Source: Waterburya sp. (lineage in GTDB: Bacteria > Cyanobacteriota > Cyanobacteriia > Cyanobacteriales > Xenococcaceae). Taken from it: DNA of 64,000 bases. The notes under the pieces were generated by a model, which did no database searches, had not been told where the DNA came from, and saw nothing but the letters and a program-made list of their open reading frames with translations. The translations under genes were made by a program, and so were the position numbers. Positions 49,830 through 60,294 of this stretch are shown in pieces. Numbering within the stretch: the first letter of the stretch is position 1; each line of letters opens with the position of its first letter. The stretch lies in contig CBDCJV010000002.1 in NCBI GenBank assembly GCA_965217895.1, positions 2,112,001 to 2,176,000 of the forward strand. The letters run 5' to 3'.

Positions 49830-50951
49830 TTAAATGTTCTTTAATAGATAATCTTGGGCAATTTTAACAATTCTCGCTGAAGCCTGACCATCACCGAAAG
49901 GATTAATCGCTGTTGCCATTTGTTGATAAATAGCTTGGTTTTCTAGCAGTTCGGTAGTGTAATCTAAAATTGCTTGGGGATCTGTACCAATTAGCTTTGC
50001 AGTACCAGCTTCAACAGCTTCTGGTCTTTCTGTAGTTTCTCGTAAAACTAATACAGGCTTGCCTAAACTTGGAGCTTCTTCTTGTAGTCCTCCTGAATCT
50101 GTCAGTAGCATATAACAGCCAGAAATTGCTCCCACTAATTCTGTATAGTCTAAAGGTTCGGTCAAAAATACTCTAGGGCGATCGCCTAATGCAGCTTTAA
50201 TTGGCTCTCGCACGGTAGGATTACGATGCAAAGGTAGAAGTAATGCTGTATCGGGAAAACGATCTAAGATAGCGTTAAATCCCTGCAAAATGTCTTGTAA
50301 AGGTTTGCCCCAATTTTCTCGACGGTGTACCGTTGCTAGTAAAACTCGATATTTAGACCAGTCTAAGTTGGGTATTCGACATTCAGGTTTATTATTTGCC
50401 ACAGTCAAAAGAGTATCTATTACGGTGTTTCCTGTATGGTGAATTTCTCCTGTCACCCCAGATTTTTGTAAATTTTTGACTGCTAATTCAGTTGGCGCAA
50501 AGTGAAATTGAGCAATTTGTGAGATTAAACGACGATTAGCTTCTTCTGGATATGGATTATACAGATCATCAGTCCGCAAACCAGCCTCAACATGACCTAC
50601 AGGAATCTGATGGTAGAATGCTGCCAAAGCAGCCGAAAAAGCAGTAGTTGTATCTCCCTGTACAAAGATTAGTTTAGGTTGGACTGTCGCAAAAATTTTT
50701 TCTAATCCCAGCAGACTGTCACAAGTAATACTAGTTAATGTTTGTTTTGGCTTCATGATTGCTAAATCGTGGTCTGCACTCAAGTCAAATAACTCCATGA
50801 CTCGATCTACCATTTCTCTATGTTGTCCCGTAAGAATAAGATGAGTCTTAATTTGAACAACAGAATTAAGCTGTTTGATAACTGGTGCTAGTTTGATAGC
50901 TTCGGGACGAGTTCCTAAAATTACCCCGACAGAAATAGTTGATGTAGTCAT
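49830..50951 (-). CDS. wecB: UDP-N-acetylglucosamine 2-epimerase
   Basis: GTRPEAIK, GQHREM, HVEAGLR, DSGGLQEEA. Confidence 0.95.
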   Translation of the reverse strand: MTTSTISVGVILGTRPEAIKLAPVIKQLNSVVQIKTHLILTGQHREMVDRVMELFDLSADHDLAIMKPKQTLTSITCDSLLGLEKIFATVQPKLIFVQGDTTTAFSAALAAFYHQIPVGHVEAGLRTDDLYNPYPEEANRRLISQIAQFHFAPTELAVKNLQKSGVTGEIHHTGNTVIDTLLTVANNKPECRIPNLDWSKYRVLLATVHRRENWGKPLQDILQGFNAILDRFPDTALLLPLHRNPTVREPIKAALGDRPRVFLTEPLDYTELVGAISGCYMLLTDSGGLQEEAPSLGKPVLVLRETTERPEAVEAGTAKLIGTDPQAILDYTTELLENQAIYQQMATAINPFGDGQASARIVKIAQDYLLKNI

Positions 50952-50971
50952 ATTTATTTAACTTAACTAAA

Positions 50972-51150
50972 CTAATGTTACGCGCTAATTGAGCGGTGAG
51001 GATTGGCAAAAGCAATTGTCTTGAATGTTAAGTCTAATTCTTAGATTCAGGCGATCGCTTTTTTTAAGATACAAGCTTAAAGGGTAGGTAGGTTATTCTA
51101 TTTTCATTTCTCATTGGAAGCTGATTGCTTGTCATACTGCGTAACGTCAG
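50972..51150. mobile_element. Possible MITE-like element with the same TIR family as 4406-4568
   Basis: ctaatgttacgcg ... tgcgtaacgtcag. Confidence 0.45.
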
Positions 51151-51256
51151 TGATTTAATTGCCTAAGCGTAAAGTTTTGCACAAGCTGCCTCCTTTGCCC
51201 GACAATATTTTGTTACAATTACGTTCGGTAAAATTAAGTTGTGAAAAATTCGTTCA

Positions 51257-51778
51257 TTGAGCCAACAACCATTAGACACCGTAACTATTAGCGATCCTAG
51301 CCTCGATACATTGACCCAGGAGTTAGCTGCTATTCAGCAGATTGATTCTAAACGAATCGCTTTACTAGGTTCTCGTCATGTACCTCTGATGCACCAACAG
51401 CTAATCGAAATGATGAGCTATGCTCTAGTGTTAGCAGGTAATCGCCTAGTAACTTCAGGAGCAATTGGGACAAACTCAGCAGCTATTAAAGGTGCAATGC
51501 GCGCCGATGCTAACTCACTTACGGTAATTCTTCCCCAGAGTTTATCCCGTCAGCCTAGAGAATCAAAAAAGCAATTAGAAAAAGTTATTCACCTAATCGA
51601 AAACTCCAGTAACGATCATTTATCTTTAGGTGAGGCGAGTGCTATGTGCAATAGTGAAATTATTGCCCGCAGCGATCAATTAATTTGCTTTGCTTTCCAC
51701 GATAGCGGTACTCTTTTAAAGACCTGTCAAGAAGCAGAAGAACAACGTAAAATAGTTACCCTATTTTATTTTGATTAG
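51257..51778 (+). CDS. DprA/Smf-like Rossmann-fold protein
   Basis: IALLGSRHV, TSGAIGTN, ICFAFHDS; TTG start. Confidence 0.75.
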   Translation: MSQQPLDTVTISDPSLDTLTQELAAIQQIDSKRIALLGSRHVPLMHQQLIEMMSYALVLAGNRLVTSGAIGTNSAAIKGAMRADANSLTVILPQSLSRQPRESKKQLEKVIHLIENSSNDHLSLGEASAMCNSEIIARSDQLICFAFHDSGTLLKTCQEAEEQRKIVTLFYFD

Positions 51779-51795
51779 ATAGCTTAAATAAACTT

Positions 51796-52206
51796 ATGGA
51801 TTTATCTGTTGATGTAATTCTGCTTTATTCTATAGTTGGAGCAGTGATTTTGGTCTATGCACCATTTTTGGTTGTGGCTTGGGGACGTTTACGCTCAGGA
51901 TATGACCAGTCTGCACCTCGTGCGATGTTTGATAAACTACCTGCCTTTGCTCAAAGAGCAACCTGGGCGCATCAAAATAGCTTTGAGGCTTTAACTATTT
52001 ATGGCTTGGCTGCTTTGATGGCTTACGCTACGGGAGTAGAATCAGATTGGGCAAAAATGGCGGCGATCGCTTTTTTGGTAGCCCGTTTACTTTATTCTGT
52101 ATTTTACATTCTCAATATTCCAATCGGGCGATCGCTAATGTTCGCGCTCGGCTCTTTATGCGGTTGGACTTTGTTTGCCCTCAGCATCATCCAGGCAATG
52201 AATTAA
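51796..52206 (+). CDS. MAPEG-family membrane protein
   Basis: RATWAHQNSFE, ARLLY. Confidence 0.88.
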   Translation: MDLSVDVILLYSIVGAVILVYAPFLVVAWGRLRSGYDQSAPRAMFDKLPAFAQRATWAHQNSFEALTIYGLAALMAYATGVESDWAKMAAIAFLVARLLYSVFYILNIPIGRSLMFALGSLCGWTLFALSIIQAMN

Positions 52207-52209
52207 AAG

Positions 52210-52758
52210 CTATCGCTTGACCTGGGTAATTTTAACTGTTTTTGCCTGCTTTTTCTGCAAACGTCTTTTGTGACGCGAACTAATTAAATCGCTGATGCTA
52301 TGGCTCATAGCACCCAATTCTAAGCCGAGAAGTAGAGCCATAGTTTCCTTCAAATATTTGTGAGTTAGTAAATGTGACTTGTCCAGCGCAAATTTATGCC
52401 AATTCCAGGGAAAACCCCAAAACAACTGAGCAATTCCCACCAGAAAAATAGCTAGCCAAGCGATAACAACAAATAGATACAAAACTCGAACACAAGTACC
52501 AATTATCGGACCATGAGAAAATAAAGAGCGGTGGCGGAAAAACATACGGTAAGGTATCCAGATCCCTTTCAAAAAGCCCCAGCGTTTGTATTGTATAGAG
52601 CGAATATCTAAATCGGGGCCAAACATCAGACCGCTAAACAAATATCCTCCAGAAAGAATTAGGGTCAATTCACTGCTACGGGTTAAACCGTAGGTAATTC
52701 CAACTATCCAAGGAAGAGTCCAAAGAGTAATTCGATCGTGGGTGTTACCAGAAGGCAT
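52210..52758 (-). CDS. DUF2227-like metal-binding membrane protein
   Basis: MPSGNTHD, PDLD, HRSLFSHG, SHSISD. Confidence 0.82.
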   Translation of the reverse strand: MPSGNTHDRITLWTLPWIVGITYGLTRSSELTLILSGGYLFSGLMFGPDLDIRSIQYKRWGFLKGIWIPYRMFFRHRSLFSHGPIIGTCVRVLYLFVVIAWLAIFLVGIAQLFWGFPWNWHKFALDKSHLLTHKYLKETMALLLGLELGAMSHSISDLISSRHKRRLQKKQAKTVKITQVKR

Positions 52759-52892
52759 AGGTTAATTCATCGATCAATGTAGCTAGGATAAAGTATTTTG
52801 AAAAGAATGAAAAATAATTAATCCTCAAAATATCAAAATAAAACACCTTTTTAGCAAGAAGGAAGCCCGCGTCCCCCATTCTTCAAAGCCTG

Positions 52893-54155
52893 TTAGCGTT
52901 GAGCTAGTTTTGGTGTTTTGCCTAGTAAACCTGTCATGAGTTTTAAAGCAAAAATTTTTAGTGGCTTTAAATAGCTGATTAACCATAATCCTAAACGACG
53001 AAATACCACCATAGGCAGCCAATCGTTAGAAAACATTCGGTCTAATAAATCTGTAAAGCCCAGGATAGCTAGATTTTCTATTTTCCGCCAGCCTTCATAG
53101 CGTTGCAAAACTTTGAGATCGCCAATGTCTTGTCCTTGCTGATGAGCAGTCTGCAATACCTCAGCTAAACTAGCAGCGTCGCGAATACCTAAGTTTAAGC
53201 CCTGTCCACCAACGGGATGACAACAGTGAGCAGCATCTCCCACTAAAGCAAGGCGAGAACGAATATAGCGATCGCACTGCATTAACTGTACAGGAAAAAC
53301 AAGGCGATCGCTTACTAGCTCCAAATCTCCTAAAACCCCTCCTGTATAGGTTTGTAGTTTCGCTAAAAAATCAGTTTCGTTCAATTCTGCCAAAGCCTTT
53401 GCTTCTGCATGAGGATGTGTCCAGACAATTTGACAGCGATTTCCTGGTAAGGGCAATACTCCCATTGGGCCACTGGGCCAAAAACGTTCAAAGGCAGTAT
53501 TATTTTCTAAGGCAGTATGCTTAATTGTAAACGCCACGCAGGATTGCCAGTACTTCCAGCCACGGGCTTTAATTGCTGCTAAACTGCGAATGTGCGATCG
53601 CGCTCCATCTGCTCCTACTACTAGTTTAGTTTTGATTAAACGTTTTGACTGGTTTACTTTGACCTCTATAAGCGAAAAAGTTTTCTCCGTTACGACGTTT
53701 GTTACTTCTCCAGGACAAAGCCAGGTAAGGTTAGGGCAATCTGCAAGGTGCTTTTGGAGGGCGGTTAAAACTATGTTGTGTTGAGCTACGTAGCCTAAAT
53801 ACTCTCCTGGAAAATCTTGCGCGCCGAACCTTACCTGTTGAGGATAATTCCCATCAGATAGGCTGATATTGCTGTATTTGCCAATGTAAGGCACTATTTT
53901 GTCCCAAATACCAATGCCCTGATAAATACGACTAGATAAGGGAGAAAAAGCATAAGCTTGGGTTTTTGCTGCTGCCAGCTCTAATGGTCGAGCTTCAATA
54001 ATAATTATCCTCAAGCCAGAATCTTTTAAGGCTGCTGCTAAAGTTGCACCGACAATGCCACCACCGACAATTGCTAAATCGCAGTTTAAATCTGCTGAAT
54101 CTGCCGAACTAATTTCTGGTTGCTTTTTGACTAACATTCTTAAAGGATTGTCCAA
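52893..54155 (-). CDS. UbiH/COQ6-family FAD-dependent hydroxylase
   Basis: GGGIVG, GADG, GDAAHCCHPVGGQGLNLG; exact start uncertain. Confidence 0.9.
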   Translation of the reverse strand: MDNPLRMLVKKQPEISSADSADLNCDLAIVGGGIVGATLAAALKDSGLRIIIIEARPLELAAAKTQAYAFSPLSSRIYQGIGIWDKIVPYIGKYSNISLSDGNYPQQVRFGAQDFPGEYLGYVAQHNIVLTALQKHLADCPNLTWLCPGEVTNVVTEKTFSLIEVKVNQSKRLIKTKLVVGADGARSHIRSLAAIKARGWKYWQSCVAFTIKHTALENNTAFERFWPSGPMGVLPLPGNRCQIVWTHPHAEAKALAELNETDFLAKLQTYTGGVLGDLELVSDRLVFPVQLMQCDRYIRSRLALVGDAAHCCHPVGGQGLNLGIRDAASLAEVLQTAHQQGQDIGDLKVLQRYEGWRKIENLAILGFTDLLDRMFSNDWLPMVVFRRLGLWLISYLKPLKIFALKLMTGLLGKTPKLAQR

Positions 54156-54267
54156 GAAAATAATATATGAGTATATATACTTCTCTTTATTGTGACGCGA
54201 TCGGCATTTAAGAACAAGTTTTGAAGGGTTAAGAGATGAAAGATAAAGGATGAGGAAAAATCAAAAG

Positions 54268-54453
54268 CTATTGTCCAAACTCGACTCTAGCTTGTTCTAC
54301 AATCTCGGCAGTAACTTCTTCTAATTCTGCTGCTCGTGCGAGCGCTTCAATTTTTTGGCGTGCTTGGGGACGAGCAAAAAAGGGAATCATTTTTAGTTTT
54401 GTCTGTGCTTGAAGTGTCCAGGATAAGTCATCGGTTAAATTAAAGTTATTCAT
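54268..54453 (-). CDS. PCP-reductase-domain small protein
   Basis: WT..A..KL..IPFFAR..AR..IE. Confidence 0.8.
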   Translation of the reverse strand: MNNFNLTDDLSWTLQAQTKLKMIPFFARPQARQKIEALARAAELEEVTAEIVEQARVEFGQ

Positions 54454-54668
54454 TGCTAACCTCTTAATTTTCGCTATAAATTTATTTTTATTGTAAATTC
54501 TGATTTTTACTCAGGCTTAACTAACTTAGCTAAAGTTAACTTCCAATTTTGGCTATGTTGGTAGTTTTTAATACAAAACATAAGTCTAATACTGAGATTA
54601 GATGAATAGCAGTCCGTTCTTGTTCTATTTCCCATGTAGTCAAGACTTCTCAAGACAGCAAGTAGAGT

Positions 54669-55727
54669 ATGCAGGAGTCATTTAAGCGCGTTTTTACGGG
54701 AACAATTATTTTTGTTCTCACTTTAATCATTGCAGTAATTGGTTATGTCTTATTTGGTTGGTCGTTATTAGACTCCATTTACATGGTAGTAATTACCATT
54801 TTTGGTGTTGGTTATGGGGAAGTGCATCCTTTAACAACTCCACCAGAAAAGATTTTTACCATGATGGTAATTTTGGCGGGAACAACATCGGCAGTATATA
54901 TCGTAGGGGGTTTTATACAGATGGTTGCAGAAGGAGAAATTCATAAGGCGTTAGATACTCATCGTCTGGATAAACATATAAAAAGCTTAGAAAATCACGC
55001 TATTATCTGTGGTTTTGGGCGCATGGGGCAAATAATGGCTCAACAACTTCTTAAGGATCACCAGAAGTTTGTTATCCTCGACCGAGAAAGCGATCGCGTT
55101 GCTAAAGCAGAACGAATGGGCTACTTAGCTACAATGGGAAATGCTACAGACGAAAACTTGCTGATATCCGTCGGCATCGAAAAAGCCAGAGTTTTAGCTA
55201 CAGTCTTACCAGATGATGCTGCTAACGTATTTATTACTTTAACAGCCCGTGGCTTGAACCAACGTTTAATTATCCTCGCACGAGGAGAGTTACCCACCAC
55301 AGAAAAGAAATTGAAGTTAGCAGGGGCAGATCGGGTGGTTTTACCTGCTATTATTGGCGGGATGCGGATGGCAAATTTAATTACCCGTCCCACTGCTACA
55401 GATTTTCTCAAAAGTAAAAGCGATCGCCATTATCTTGATGAACTATTGGGTCAAATCAATGTGCAGATTGATGAATTAGTGATTAACAAAAGTTCGCCTT
55501 TAGCAAATAAAAGTGTTGGTCAACTTGAAGTACAAGGTAAGGGAACTTTTATTATTGTTGCTATCCGTCGCGAGGATAAAACCGTAATTAAAAATCCCGA
55601 TCGCAGCGTTATGCTAAGAACAGGAGATACAGTTATTGTCATGGGACATGAGGGTGATATTCCTAAATTTGCCAAATTTAATGAGCTAAAAAGCAAAATG
55701 CGCTATCGAGGTTCGAGCATTGGGTAA
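54669..55727 (+). CDS. Potassium channel with TrkA-N/TrkA-C (RCK) domains
   Basis: TIFGVGYGE, CGFGRMG, DAANVFI. Confidence 0.9.
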   Translation: MQESFKRVFTGTIIFVLTLIIAVIGYVLFGWSLLDSIYMVVITIFGVGYGEVHPLTTPPEKIFTMMVILAGTTSAVYIVGGFIQMVAEGEIHKALDTHRLDKHIKSLENHAIICGFGRMGQIMAQQLLKDHQKFVILDRESDRVAKAERMGYLATMGNATDENLLISVGIEKARVLATVLPDDAANVFITLTARGLNQRLIILARGELPTTEKKLKLAGADRVVLPAIIGGMRMANLITRPTATDFLKSKSDRHYLDELLGQINVQIDELVINKSSPLANKSVGQLEVQGKGTFIIVAIRREDKTVIKNPDRSVMLRTGDTVIVMGHEGDIPKFAKFNELKSKMRYRGSSIG

Positions 55728-55740
55728 ACATTGAACATTG

Positions 55741-55792
55741 CGAGACAAAACCGTTGCGGGGGTTTCCCCCGTTGAGGTTATTGTCGAGGGTG
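55741..55792. mobile_element. 52-nt hairpin mini-element (copy B)
   Basis: cgagac...gcgggggtttccccc...tgtcgagggtg; reverse-strand homologue of 25903-25954 inside an A(A/G)CATTG heptamer array. Confidence 0.8.
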
Positions 55793-55896
55793 AGCATTGA
55801 GCATTGAGAAATTATTGCTTTTGGTAGATTAGCTAGAAATAAAAGTTATTTACGATTAAAACAGTAAATATAAAATATTTCCAGGAAATACTAATT

Positions 55897-56067
55897 ATGA
55901 GTACTGAAGACAAATCCAAAAAAATGGCTGACGAGTATGGCATGAAGGCTAAAGAAGCTATGGATAAAGTTACTGACGAACAACCTCCCGAGGTCGCCGA
56001 AAGAGTGGATAAAGTACAAAATGCTGTAGAGAAAACAATTGATTCGACAAAAGACGCTGTTAGCTAA
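55897..56067 (+). CDS. CsbD-like small hydrophilic protein (56 aa)
   Basis: MSTEDKSKKMADEYGMKAKEAMDKVTD...TKDAVS*; more plausible than the antisense 64-aa ORF. Confidence 0.6.
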   Translation: MSTEDKSKKMADEYGMKAKEAMDKVTDEQPPEVAERVDKVQNAVEKTIDSTKDAVS

Positions 56068-56085
56068 AGCGGATATTTGTCTCAA

Positions 56086-56115
56086 GTTAGAGAGAATTAT
56101 TAATTCTCTCTAACT
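56086..56115. terminator. Palindromic hairpin between convergent genes
   Basis: agttagagagaattattaattctctctaact. Confidence 0.6.
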
Positions 56116-56131
56116 CTCTAGCTGTTGATTA

Positions 56132-56830
56132 TCAATTGATAAAATTAAAATAAATAGATAAAGGTAAGATTATAAAACCAGTCGCAATTAGAATAGCTAA
56201 GATAAGGGCGATCGCATATACAAAAGGACTTATTTTAGAGTTAAGCAGCCCAATAGATTGCCAAGCACTCCAAATACCGTGACGCAGATGGAAAGCTAGC
56301 ATAATCATCACTCCTGTATAACCAAAGGCATAGGCTGGATTACGGAATTTTTCAATTACTAAACGAGACAGGTTGCGCATCTCAACCCCATTAATGATGG
56401 TTGTGTAATATGTCCCAAACTTAAAAGTTGCTAGATGCAGTACCAAAAACCCTAGCAATACAACCCCAGTAATAAGCATACTGCGCGAACTCAAAGACTG
56501 TTTGCTAGGCTCACCTACGCTTTTGATTTGGCTATAGCCAATTGGTCTTGCTTGCAAAGTATTTAATCTAATTTTAATTCCAACTAATATGTGTAATATT
56601 GCCAACCCTAATAAGCTAAACTCAATGACATATAGTAGAATGCCCAAACTTTCGAGAAAATGCGCTAGCTGATTATACGCCTTACTACCAGCTAACAAAG
56701 TCAAATTTCCCGCCATGTGAACTAGGACAAACAAAGACAAACTCAAGCCTGTAATGCCTGTAATAATTTTTTTACCGATGGGAGAAGTATAAAAGTTAAT
56801 TAGCTTTGGGCGATCGCTACTTATAGTCAT
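56132..56830 (-). CDS. sdhC: Succinate dehydrogenase cytochrome b subunit
   Basis: SPIGKKIIT, HMAGNL, HLRHG.WSA.QS.G. Confidence 0.88.
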   Translation of the reverse strand: MTISSDRPKLINFYTSPIGKKIITGITGLSLSLFVLVHMAGNLTLLAGSKAYNQLAHFLESLGILLYVIEFSLLGLAILHILVGIKIRLNTLQARPIGYSQIKSVGEPSKQSLSSRSMLITGVVLLGFLVLHLATFKFGTYYTTIINGVEMRNLSRLVIEKFRNPAYAFGYTGVMIMLAFHLRHGIWSAWQSIGLLNSKISPFVYAIALILAILIATGFIILPLSIYFNFIN

Positions 56831-56955
56831 AACAATTTTAGTAATCCGTACGATTCATTGTAAGCCTTGTTTCTAAGGTTCTGCCAACGGTTCAATTTAA
56901 AAACCCAACGATATTTAAATTATTACTCATTACTTGTTACCTAAGCATAGCGATA

Positions 56956-58512
56956 CTAAACTCCACTACCCAAAACAAACAAACTAATTAACGTGCCACT
57001 ATTCCAGAGGCTATGAAGTAACATTGGAGCTAAGAGATTACGCGATCGCGTGTAGACCACTCCTAAGACAATACCTAAAGTAGCTAAAGGTAAAACTTCT
57101 GATAAGCTCAAGTGAGCGATCGCAAAAATAAAGCCACTCAGAACAATTGCACTCCACACTGGCATATAGCGAGTCAAAGAAGGTAACAAAAAACCTCTAA
57201 ACATTATCTCTTCAAAAATCGGTGCGGCGATCGAGGCTGTACTAAAAAATACTGCTAACGCTACTTTATCTTGTGCTTGCAAAGCTAAAAATAGCAATGG
57301 GTTACTTCCTCCTTGTCCGTGCCATATTTGCTGATTAATCAAAGACACCAATAAGACTAAAGGTACAGCAGCTAAATAGCCTCCAAACCCCCAAATAAAC
57401 CAGTTACTTTTCAGCTTAAATTTAAACCAGTCTTCAGGTAAGGGAAGAAAAGACTTAATTGAAAAATAAAGTACTGAAATACCTCCTGCGGCCATCAAGA
57501 AATAAGTCGCCAAAACATATAAAGCCTTAATTCTGAGAGAGAAAACGGCAGGGTTAAGCTTAAAAATGCCTAATAATAAAGGCAGTACAAAAATAGGTAA
57601 GACAACTTGACTAATAAAGAAAAAGCCGACAATTAAAACCTGCCAGGTTATTTCCCAATCCCAAGGAGTTTCCCATCTGTTGTTATTGTTTATAGCCAGA
57701 ATCGCCGTCTCTTTTTTGGTCAACCGTTGCACAATTAAGAAGACCAATAAAATTACTCCACCTGTGCCACCAAAAACAGGAATACCACTAATTACGGCTA
57801 GCTTGATGACTGAATTGGTAGCAATTTGTATTTCTTTGTTTTCTAGCGCAGCTAAATCATCTGTCAGATTGTTAACCCGATCCAATTTTGCCAAAGCCTG
57901 ATAGCGAAACCAACTATCTAAATTGTTTTCTATAGTTGCCATGCTTGCATCTAATTCTGGAGATTTACCTTGCCATAGTTGCTTGAGTAGCGTTGCCGTT
58001 TGCACATAATTATCTTCAGGGTTGTCGATTTGCTTAATTTCCCGCTCCCAAATTGTAACTGCCTCTTCTGGCTTACCCTGTACCGCCATTAAGATTCCTT
58101 GTTTTAGACCTAATTCATTAATAAAGCGATCTAATTCGTTTATCTGCTGCTTTAGCTGTCTTTTTTGAGCATTTGCTTCAGGGTTATTGCTGTCTATATT
58201 AGTTTTTTCTAACTGCTGTAGCTTAGATCTAAAAGTCTTACGACTAGCTGCTGATTCTTGGCGAACTTTTTGATACTGCTTGCTGGCTGAGGAGTAAGGA
58301 TCTTCGCCCACTAAGGAATCGACTGCACTGTTAAGATCGAACTCATCTGTGGGATTAGATTTAAATTCTGCTACCTGGAGGACTAAATTAGTTTGATATA
58401 GCTCTAAACGGCTTTGAATCTGTGGTTGGGAAAGACTGTTGTTTAGAGAAAAGCCAATCATGGCGATCGCAAATATGGTCAGTAAAGCTAGAATTATTCG
58501 CTTAAGTGTCAT
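56956..58512 (-). CDS. CPBP (CAAX/Abi) intramembrane metalloprotease
   Basis: APIFEEIMFRG, FAIAH, HSLWN. Confidence 0.9.
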   Translation of the reverse strand: MTLKRIILALLTIFAIAMIGFSLNNSLSQPQIQSRLELYQTNLVLQVAEFKSNPTDEFDLNSAVDSLVGEDPYSSASKQYQKVRQESAASRKTFRSKLQQLEKTNIDSNNPEANAQKRQLKQQINELDRFINELGLKQGILMAVQGKPEEAVTIWEREIKQIDNPEDNYVQTATLLKQLWQGKSPELDASMATIENNLDSWFRYQALAKLDRVNNLTDDLAALENKEIQIATNSVIKLAVISGIPVFGGTGGVILLVFLIVQRLTKKETAILAINNNNRWETPWDWEITWQVLIVGFFFISQVVLPIFVLPLLLGIFKLNPAVFSLRIKALYVLATYFLMAAGGISVLYFSIKSFLPLPEDWFKFKLKSNWFIWGFGGYLAAVPLVLLVSLINQQIWHGQGGSNPLLFLALQAQDKVALAVFFSTASIAAPIFEEIMFRGFLLPSLTRYMPVWSAIVLSGFIFAIAHLSLSEVLPLATLGIVLGVVYTRSRNLLAPMLLHSLWNSGTLISLFVLGSGV

Positions 58513-58627
58513 TAGATAGGGAAATTAATAATCATTATTTTCTTATATGCCTTTGGCATTATCCCCTTTCCGAGAATACTTATCAATCTTTTGACAACTC
58601 AATACCTTTTTCTGACTTCTGACTTTT

Positions 58628-58764
58628 GTACGGGCGAACAGCCCTAAAGGGTGCGGTAGTCGCTCTTTGCTGGAAACCAACACCGCAAGCGTGGAATAAG
58701 CTGCTTACGAAGCAGCATTTCCGCTTGCAAAGACCAAGCTACCTTACCGTTCGCCCCTAACTGA
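58628..58764. mobile_element. REP-like palindrome split by a 105-nt multi-level nested insertion
   Basis: gtacgggcgaacag | insert 58642-58746 | ccgttcgcccctaactga; compare 7640-7671. Confidence 0.8.
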
Positions 58765-58869
58765 TTTCTGACTTTTTTTGGCAACTAATGAATAAAAACT
58801 TACGATCCAGGAGATTCGTCGGTTTGTGGATACAATAACGGAGGTGAATCAATTTGGAGGATTAAAAGA

Positions 58870-60210
58870 TTGGCTACTCGTGTAATTATCGTTCGTCATG
58901 GAAAAAGCACCTTTAACGCTCAGAAGATAATTCAGGGTCGTTGTAATGAATCTGTCTTAACTGACAAAGGGATTGCTGACGCGCAACAGGTAGGACAAGC
59001 TCTCAGTGACATAAAGATTGATGCCTTTTATTGTAGTCCCTTACAGCGAGCAAAACAGACGGCAGAGACGATCCATGCAGGTTTGGTCAATCTTCCCGAT
59101 CTAGAGCCTACAGACAAATTGATGGAAATTGATTTACCTTTGTGGGAAAAACTAAAAAAAGACGAAGTAATGTCGAGATTTGCTGATGATTATCGTCAGT
59201 GGAAAGAAAATCCGCAAGAATTTAAGATGATTCTCGAAGATGGTACAGAACACTACCCTGTACTAGCTCTCTATCAACAGGCACAAGACTTCTGGCGTGA
59301 AACTATTGCCCAGCATTTTGGCAAAACAATTTTGATTGTGGCTCATAACGGCATCAATCGTTGTCTAATCATGAGTGCAATTGGCATCATGAGCGATCGC
59401 TATCACTCGATTCAGCAGTCTAATTGCTGTATTAATATTCTTAACTTTACTGGGAGTTTTGGCGACCCTGTACAGCTAGAATCCCTCAATCAAACATCCC
59501 ACCTGGGTATTCCTATTCCCCCGACTCGTCCATTTCACCAAGGACCTCGTTTGTTACTGGTGCGTCATGGAGAAACTAATTGGAACAAAGAATCCCGCTT
59601 TCAGGGCGTTAGAGATATTCCCCTTAATGATAACGGGCGATCGCAAAGTCGTAAAGCTGGCACGTTTTTACAAAATGTATCCATTGATTTTGCCATCTCA
59701 AGCCCGATGATGCGTCCTAAAGAGACCGCAGAGATCATCTTGGAAGAACATCCAGATGTCAGACTAGAGACAACTTCTGGATTGATTGAAATTTGTCATG
59801 GCTTATGGGAAGGGATGTTAGAGACAGAAATAAAGGCAGAGTATCCTGACTTGCTGCAACGATGGAAAGATAAACCTGAAACAGTACAAATGCCAGAAGG
59901 CGAAAACTTACAGCAGGTTTGGGATCGAGGTGTAGCAGCCTGGAACAAAATTGCCGCTGATTACAGTAATACAGACACACCTAAAACCCTTCTGGTAGTA
60001 GCTCACGATGCCATCAACAAAGTAATTCTTTGCTATTTACTTGGCTTAAAGCCAGATAACTTTTGGAACATTAAACAGGGTAACTGTGCAGTTAGCGTCA
60101 TCGATTATCCTAACGGTGCATCGGGTAAACCAGTAATGCAAGCCATCAACATCACTACTCACTTAAGCGGTGGCAGCATCATAGACAAAACCGCAGCAGG
60201 AGCATTATAA
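58870..60210 (+). CDS. Tandem-domain histidine phosphatase (phosphoglycerate mutase family)
   Basis: Two RHG motifs (VRHGKS, VRHGET) and two VAH motifs. Confidence 0.9.
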   Translation: MATRVIIVRHGKSTFNAQKIIQGRCNESVLTDKGIADAQQVGQALSDIKIDAFYCSPLQRAKQTAETIHAGLVNLPDLEPTDKLMEIDLPLWEKLKKDEVMSRFADDYRQWKENPQEFKMILEDGTEHYPVLALYQQAQDFWRETIAQHFGKTILIVAHNGINRCLIMSAIGIMSDRYHSIQQSNCCINILNFTGSFGDPVQLESLNQTSHLGIPIPPTRPFHQGPRLLLVRHGETNWNKESRFQGVRDIPLNDNGRSQSRKAGTFLQNVSIDFAISSPMMRPKETAEIILEEHPDVRLETTSGLIEICHGLWEGMLETEIKAEYPDLLQRWKDKPETVQMPEGENLQQVWDRGVAAWNKIAADYSNTDTPKTLLVVAHDAINKVILCYLLGLKPDNFWNIKQGNCAVSVIDYPNGASGKPVMQAINITTHLSGGSIIDKTAAGAL

Positions 60211-60294
60211 AAGGATGGGGTACGAGGAAAAGATATGGAAATAACGACCACATAATTCATAGTGACGATGCTATTAAGATTTTGCGATCGCAAG

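Noticed and set aside
52857..52890. aaggaagcccgcgtccc as an IS605 end remnant or tRNA fragment
   Set aside because: Too short, with no partner hairpin, cloverleaf or transposase.
55891..56085. 64-aa minus-strand ORF
   Set aside because: Antisense to a more plausible CsbD-like plus-strand ORF (55897-56067).
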